Assembly (NCBI GenBank): GCA_963796455.1
Contig: CAWCLO010000008.1
Span: forward strand, 89,361-153,360
Source of the DNA: Candidatus Sulfomarinibacteraceae bacterium
Lineage (GTDB): Bacteria > Acidobacteriota > Thermoanaerobaculia > Thermoanaerobaculales > Sulfomarinibacteraceae
DNA: 64,000 bases
Direction of reading: 5' to 3'
Positions within the stretch are counted from its first letter, which is position 1; every line of letters starts with the position of its first letter. The position numbers were made by a program, and so were the translations under genes. Positions 60,101 through 64,000 of the stretch are shown here, piece by piece. Below the pieces are notes generated by a model. It did not search any database and had not been told where the DNA came from. It saw only the letters and a program-made list of their open reading frames with translations.

Positions 60101-61125
60101 ATGGAATATTGTGGCATTGACGTACACCAAAAGTACAGTGAGATTTGCATCTTGGCCGAGGACGGCGAGGTGATGGAGACCTCGAGGGTCCAGACCATCG
60201 CGAAATGCCCTCGAACGGTTTTTCTCCAAAAAGAACCGATGAAGGTCGTCCTTGAGGCTGGTGGCTCATCACCCTGGGTATCGCGGCTTATCGAGGTCTC
60301 GCGGACACGAAATGGTCGTGTGTTCCCCGCGTCGGGTCCGACTGATCGCGGAAAGCACGCTCAAAAACGACACATCGATGCCGAGGTCCTGGCGCGTCTG
60401 GTGCGGCTCGACCCTGGGTTTCTCGGCCGATCCAGCACCGTAGCGAGGAAGCTCAGCTGCTGCGATCCAACCTGAAGGTTCGTTAAGCGCATCGTCGAGG
60501 CTCGCACCAAGTGGATCAACACCATGCGTGGAATTTTGAGAAGCTTTCGGATACGGGTGTTCCGGGTAGTGCTCCCAAGACATTCCACACTAGCGTCGAC
60601 ACAGATGTGAACTGCCCCCGGACTTGAGAGCTGTGATCGAGCCGCTGCTCGACAGCTAGAGCTCTGAATCGTGAAATCACCCGTCGGGTGAGCACCTTGA
60701 GGAGACGCTCAAGGACTACCGGAGGTCCAGCATCTGCGTCAGATCCCCGGTGTCGGGCTGGTCGTCGCGACGTACTTCGTGCTGACCATTGATGACCCTA
60801 TCGTTTCAGGCACAGTCGTGACGTCGCTTCATTTTTCGGACTCCGGCCATCCATGCGTGCGTCCGCCTCGGAGTCACACTTCGGTCGAATCACCAAAGAG
60901 GGTGACCCGGAGATGCGGCGACTACTGGTCCAGGCGGCGCATGGATGCTTCGGACCCGGGCAGATTCCGACCTCAGGACTGGGCTCTTGCACTCGCGGCG
61001 CGAAGAGGCAAGGCAAGGCGGTCGTGGCACTTGCTCGGAAGCTGGCGGTCCTGATGCACCACCTGTGGGTCACCGGAGAGGTCTATCAGGCGTTCCCGAA
61101 TAAAGAAGTTGCTCAGGCGGCTTGA
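60101..61125 (+). pseudogene. IS110-family DEDD recombinase, multiply frameshifted
   Basis: YCGIDVH, VVLEAG, KND.IDA, IPGVG, GLRPSMRAS, GRITKEGD, AVVALARKL across frames. Confidence 0.88.
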
Positions 61126-61129
61126 TGAC

Positions 61130-61400
61130 AAAACGCTCCAGAAAGGTGAAATGATCTTTGTTGATCACCAACGACGTTAGATTTGGGCGACTTCGGTAAA
61201 GCCTCGGAAGAGCTATCGGACGATAACCACCGCCGGCAGTCCGCGTGCCAGATGAAGCGCCCATCCTCGTCGGAACCCCCATGCACCGGTCGAACGCTCA
61301 TCGGCCATCAGAGTGCGGATAGAAGCGAGACGGGAAGATCATCCAAACACGACTGACACCAAAGGGGGTTTGTGACCGATCTAGATTCTGATTGACTATA
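61130..61400 (+). ncRNA. Putative bridge/seek RNA of the IS1111-group element
   Basis: Two internal loops carry target-matching (TAAAGCCT, GTGCCAG) and donor-matching (CCCAT, ATAGAAG) segments; transcript ends unknown. Confidence 0.75.
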
Positions 61401-61470
61401 ATCGGCCTACTCATAGAAGGCTTTAGAACCTTAGAAAGTTGAGGTAGGCTGTTGTCGGAGGAATTCGGCA

Positions 61471-62445
61471 ATGGCAAGACGGCCGAGAATCGTGGTCGAA
61501 GGTGGCCTGTACCACGTGTACAACCGGGTCTCGAGCGGAGAGCACATTTTCGCTGATCCTGAAGAGGCGATAGAGTTCATCGAAATCGTTCGGGATATCA
61601 AGAAGCGAGATGGCTGGACGATTTTCGCCTGGTGTGTGATGTCCAACCATATCCACGTGGTTTTGCGAACATCTACCGTTCCGCTTTGGCGCGGGATGCA
61701 TGGGATCCAGAACCGATTCAGTCGCGGGTTCAACCGGCGGCACGGACGAACAGGTAGCCTTTGGCAAGGGCGATACAAGACGAAGTACGTTGAGGATCAG
61801 AGCTATCTGGATCGGCTCGTTTTGTACGTTCACCTCAACCCGGTGAAGGGGGGCCTGGTGGACGACCCGGAGGAGTACCCATTTGCAGGGCACCGGGAGG
61901 TGAAGCGGCGGTTCCGATCGCCGTTGGTGGACGTCGAAGACATGCTGCTGTGCTTCGGCGAGACACAGAAGGCGGCTCGGCGTAGCTATCTGCAGGCCAT
62001 GAGAATCGGTGTCGATCCGGACGCTCCTGAGCTGAAATCCACATGGCACCCGTTTGGGAGAACGGAAGATGCACCACTCCGGGTGAACGCGGATGCGATC
62101 CATGTCGATCTCCAGGGCCGGACGACGGATCTCGAGCGACCGAGACTGGAAGCGAACGAGTTCATCCGTCGCGTTTGCGAGCTCGCGGGGTTCGATCCCG
62201 ATCAGCTTGCTTCAAGGGCGAGAGACCGCGATACCGCCAATGCCCGGAAAGTGGTCGCAACGCTTGGCGTCGAACGTTGGGGTCAAAGGAGAACCGCTTT
62301 GGCCGCCGTGTTGAACAAGAATCCGGATGTCGTGAGTTTTTGGGCGGGGGAAGGAGCGCGCAGACGACAGGAAGACCCGGACTACGCGGCGAAGCTCGAT
62401 GAGCTCGATAGACGCCTCTCGGCATCTCTCACCCGCAGGGGTTGA
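61471..62445 (+). CDS. Y1/HUH tyrosine transposase (RAYT-like) with C-terminal extension
   Basis: YHVYNR, CVMSNHIH (HUH), LWQGRY, YVHLNPV; intact ORF. Confidence 0.9.
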   Translation: MARRPRIVVEGGLYHVYNRVSSGEHIFADPEEAIEFIEIVRDIKKRDGWTIFAWCVMSNHIHVVLRTSTVPLWRGMHGIQNRFSRGFNRRHGRTGSLWQGRYKTKYVEDQSYLDRLVLYVHLNPVKGGLVDDPEEYPFAGHREVKRRFRSPLVDVEDMLLCFGETQKAARRSYLQAMRIGVDPDAPELKSTWHPFGRTEDAPLRVNADAIHVDLQGRTTDLERPRLEANEFIRRVCELAGFDPDQLASRARDRDTANARKVVATLGVERWGQRRTALAAVLNKNPDVVSFWAGEGARRRQEDPDYAAKLDELDRRLSASLTRRG

Positions 62446-62675
62446 AAATGCAACTTCCTAAGGTTCTAAAGCCTGGCACCAATAGAATTTGTCACAACGG
62501 GGTGGACGACGCGTTGTACTGTGTGTGGCGCAGAGTTTACGAAGGAACGACTGACCGACGGGCAATTGCTGAAGTGTCCGTCTCCGGATTGTCTAGCAGA
62601 GGCCTACGTTATTATCCGGTAGGATGAACGCTCACCCCTAGGTTTTCGGATTAGAAAAAGGTTGCTAGGCATCGA

Positions 62676-63640
62676 TTAATTTCCTCCGAGGACACCACTA
62701 CGGTGAAGTTCTCGGTGCTCGGTGAGGTTACTCCCCCGACAATCATGCCAATTACTTTTCCCATGGCCATTTAGCACGGGGCCACCACTGTTCCCTGTGC
62801 CTGTATTCTGGGTGATTGCAAACCACGAAAACGGCTTTTCTCCATCAGAGAATAGCTCCTCAACCTTTGATGAGTATCGATCCACTTTGCCGATAACGAT
62901 GCCTTCTTTTTCCAAGACGAGGAATCTCCGGTCCCCTTTGCCGCCAAGATCCAGCATCGTTCCCCTGGTTCAACCTTATTTGCGAGGTTGAGTGCAAGCG
63001 GGTTCGGTACCTTTAGGGCTCTCCTTGACACAGCCACAACGGAAAGGTCACGTTGTTTGGGTAGGTACTCTCGACCTTTTGATACAGGGTTTCAGCCAAT
63101 TTTTTGTTTCTGTGGATGGTAACTTCTCCCCCTTAGTAACATGGGAAGCAGTCGCGAGATATTCGAAATTCGTCCACTTTGATTACAAACCCTGTACCCG
63201 CCTCCTGAATATCCAGATATGAGGAGGCATAGAACAATTTGCAGGCATGGGCTGATTCCGAAAAAATCCGGAAGATCGATCGATTCTCAATGGAGTTTCT
63301 ACGCGAGAAAAACGGGGGGGGCTCAGGTTTTCAATTGGTGAACCTGTCTCAGAGTTCTGATTCAGTTGAATCTGAGTAGCACCTGTCCAGATCCACTACT
63401 TCCGGGTGCAGGCGGCCCACTAGTTTTCTGTTCCCGTGTACTGTCGAGAAAAGTGGCAAGACGGGACAATGACCGTTGAGACCAGGTGGAGTGCTGATCC
63501 TCCTTTCCTTTCTCAAGATTCTGTATCGCGATTAATATGACTGCCAATGCTACAAAGATGAGCCCTAGAACGATACGCCCGAGGCAACCACGTAGAAAGC
63601 AGCCACTCGGCTGGTTTTTGACTTCCGAGCCATACCCATA
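62676..63640 (-). pseudogene. Trypsin-like serine protease, frameshifted, lower GC
   Basis: GTGFVI and YLATASHV (about 63140-63200), GNSGGPVLN (about 62770-62800), upstream TM segment; boundaries approximate. Confidence 0.55.
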
Positions 63641-63931
63641 CAATATCTCACCTGCACAGCCGCAGCGATAGTCTTCGAAAACAGCTCGATCGCGAAAGCG
63701 AGAGTACAGACCTGACGAGTCGCGATTGGTTATGCCATGTGTACTGAGAGGGGGCAGATCCTCGTCGGATGGCCCTTTTTGATTCACTAGGTTGATGGTG
63801 CATTCTCGGTGCAAATGAATCCAAAATCCCGCATTCTTCACCAACAATCGACAACAGATTCTATAGGCGTTTTCTCTCGGCAACATATTGATTATATTAT
63901 CGTTACGTAATGTCTGAAGTTGTGGTTTGTT

Positions 63932-64000
63932 GCCGGGATATTGGCCCTGGTGAGACTTAAAATCCTCTCGCCGTATGGCGGTCCGGGTTCGAATCCCGGC
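63932..64000 (+). pseudogene. Degenerate tRNA-Leu(TAA) / att-like remnant (runs off window)
   Basis: GCCGGGA start, damaged D-arm, GACTTAAAATCC shared with 57752-57763, variable arm, CCGGGTTCGAATCCCGG T-arm. Confidence 0.7.

Larger units (their letters stand above)
60009..61419 (+). mobile_element. IS110-family, IS1111-group insertion sequence
   Basis: Perfect 12-bp subterminal IRs ATGAGTAGGCCG (60016-60027) / CGGCCTACTCAT (61403-61414); AG core at both junctions; long 3' non-coding end; TTGACT at 61392. Confidence 0.9.
60003..62480. mobile_element. Y1/RAYT element with 30-bp terminal inverted repeats; left IR split by the IS1111-group element
   Basis: Right IR 62451-62480; left IR = 60003-60010 + 61420-61441; 29/30 match after removing the IS. 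Confidence 0.8.

Noticed and set aside
61260..61265. CCCATC as the right donor guide
   Set aside because: It overlaps the closing stem of the target loop. CCCAT at 61278-61282 fits the internal-loop geometry better, though this alternative is not fully excluded.
61392..61419. Strong circle-junction promoter
   Set aside because: The -35 TTGACT is clear, but the reconstructed -10 (TAGAAG or GAAGAT) is weak, so it is not claimed.
61471..62445. This Y1/RAYT as the cognate enzyme for the GTGGTGC REP-like hairpins at 5048, 8207 and 54601
   Set aside because: Its own flanking repeats are unrelated to those REPs.

Overview
High-GC bacterial chromosome segment. The gene content suggests Acidobacteriota, probably Thermoanaerobaculia-like (inference). 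Bases 1-57.8 kb are mostly core and envelope genes: ArnT-like glycosyltransferase, menA-like prenyltransferase, a His-rich TonB receptor with a CxxC/RGPP leader, GGDEF protein, MFS transporter, FadR/fadD, a sigma54-linked RsbW/RsbV/RsbU-type partner-switching locus, sulfatase-superfamily enzymes, ALDH, pyrE, folK, two M12 metalloproteases, PBP1A, pal/cpoB, rpsT, purC, an EF-G paralog, two VapBC-type pairs and tRNA-Val/Asp/Leu. Intergenic spaces are full of short tandem repeats and one repeated cassette family. From 57.8 to 64 kb lies a degraded island between tRNA-Leu(TAA) and a tRNA-Leu remnant. The strongest finding is there: an IS1111-group (IS110 family) element inserted into the terminal inverted repeat of a Y1/RAYT element. 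Its right non-coding end contains a readable bridge-RNA-like structure whose loop sequences match the reconstructed target site and the donor junction. Other leads are a cassette family related to a deleted four-helix-bundle-like gene, two sigma54 promoters each followed by a small ORF, an orphan structured ncRNA candidate, tRNA-Asp 3'-end tandem repeats, and a shared C-terminal F-x-D-x-F...W motif on three secreted proteins. Many single-base frameshifts probably reflect consensus errors. All family calls come from motif recognition; no database searches were run.
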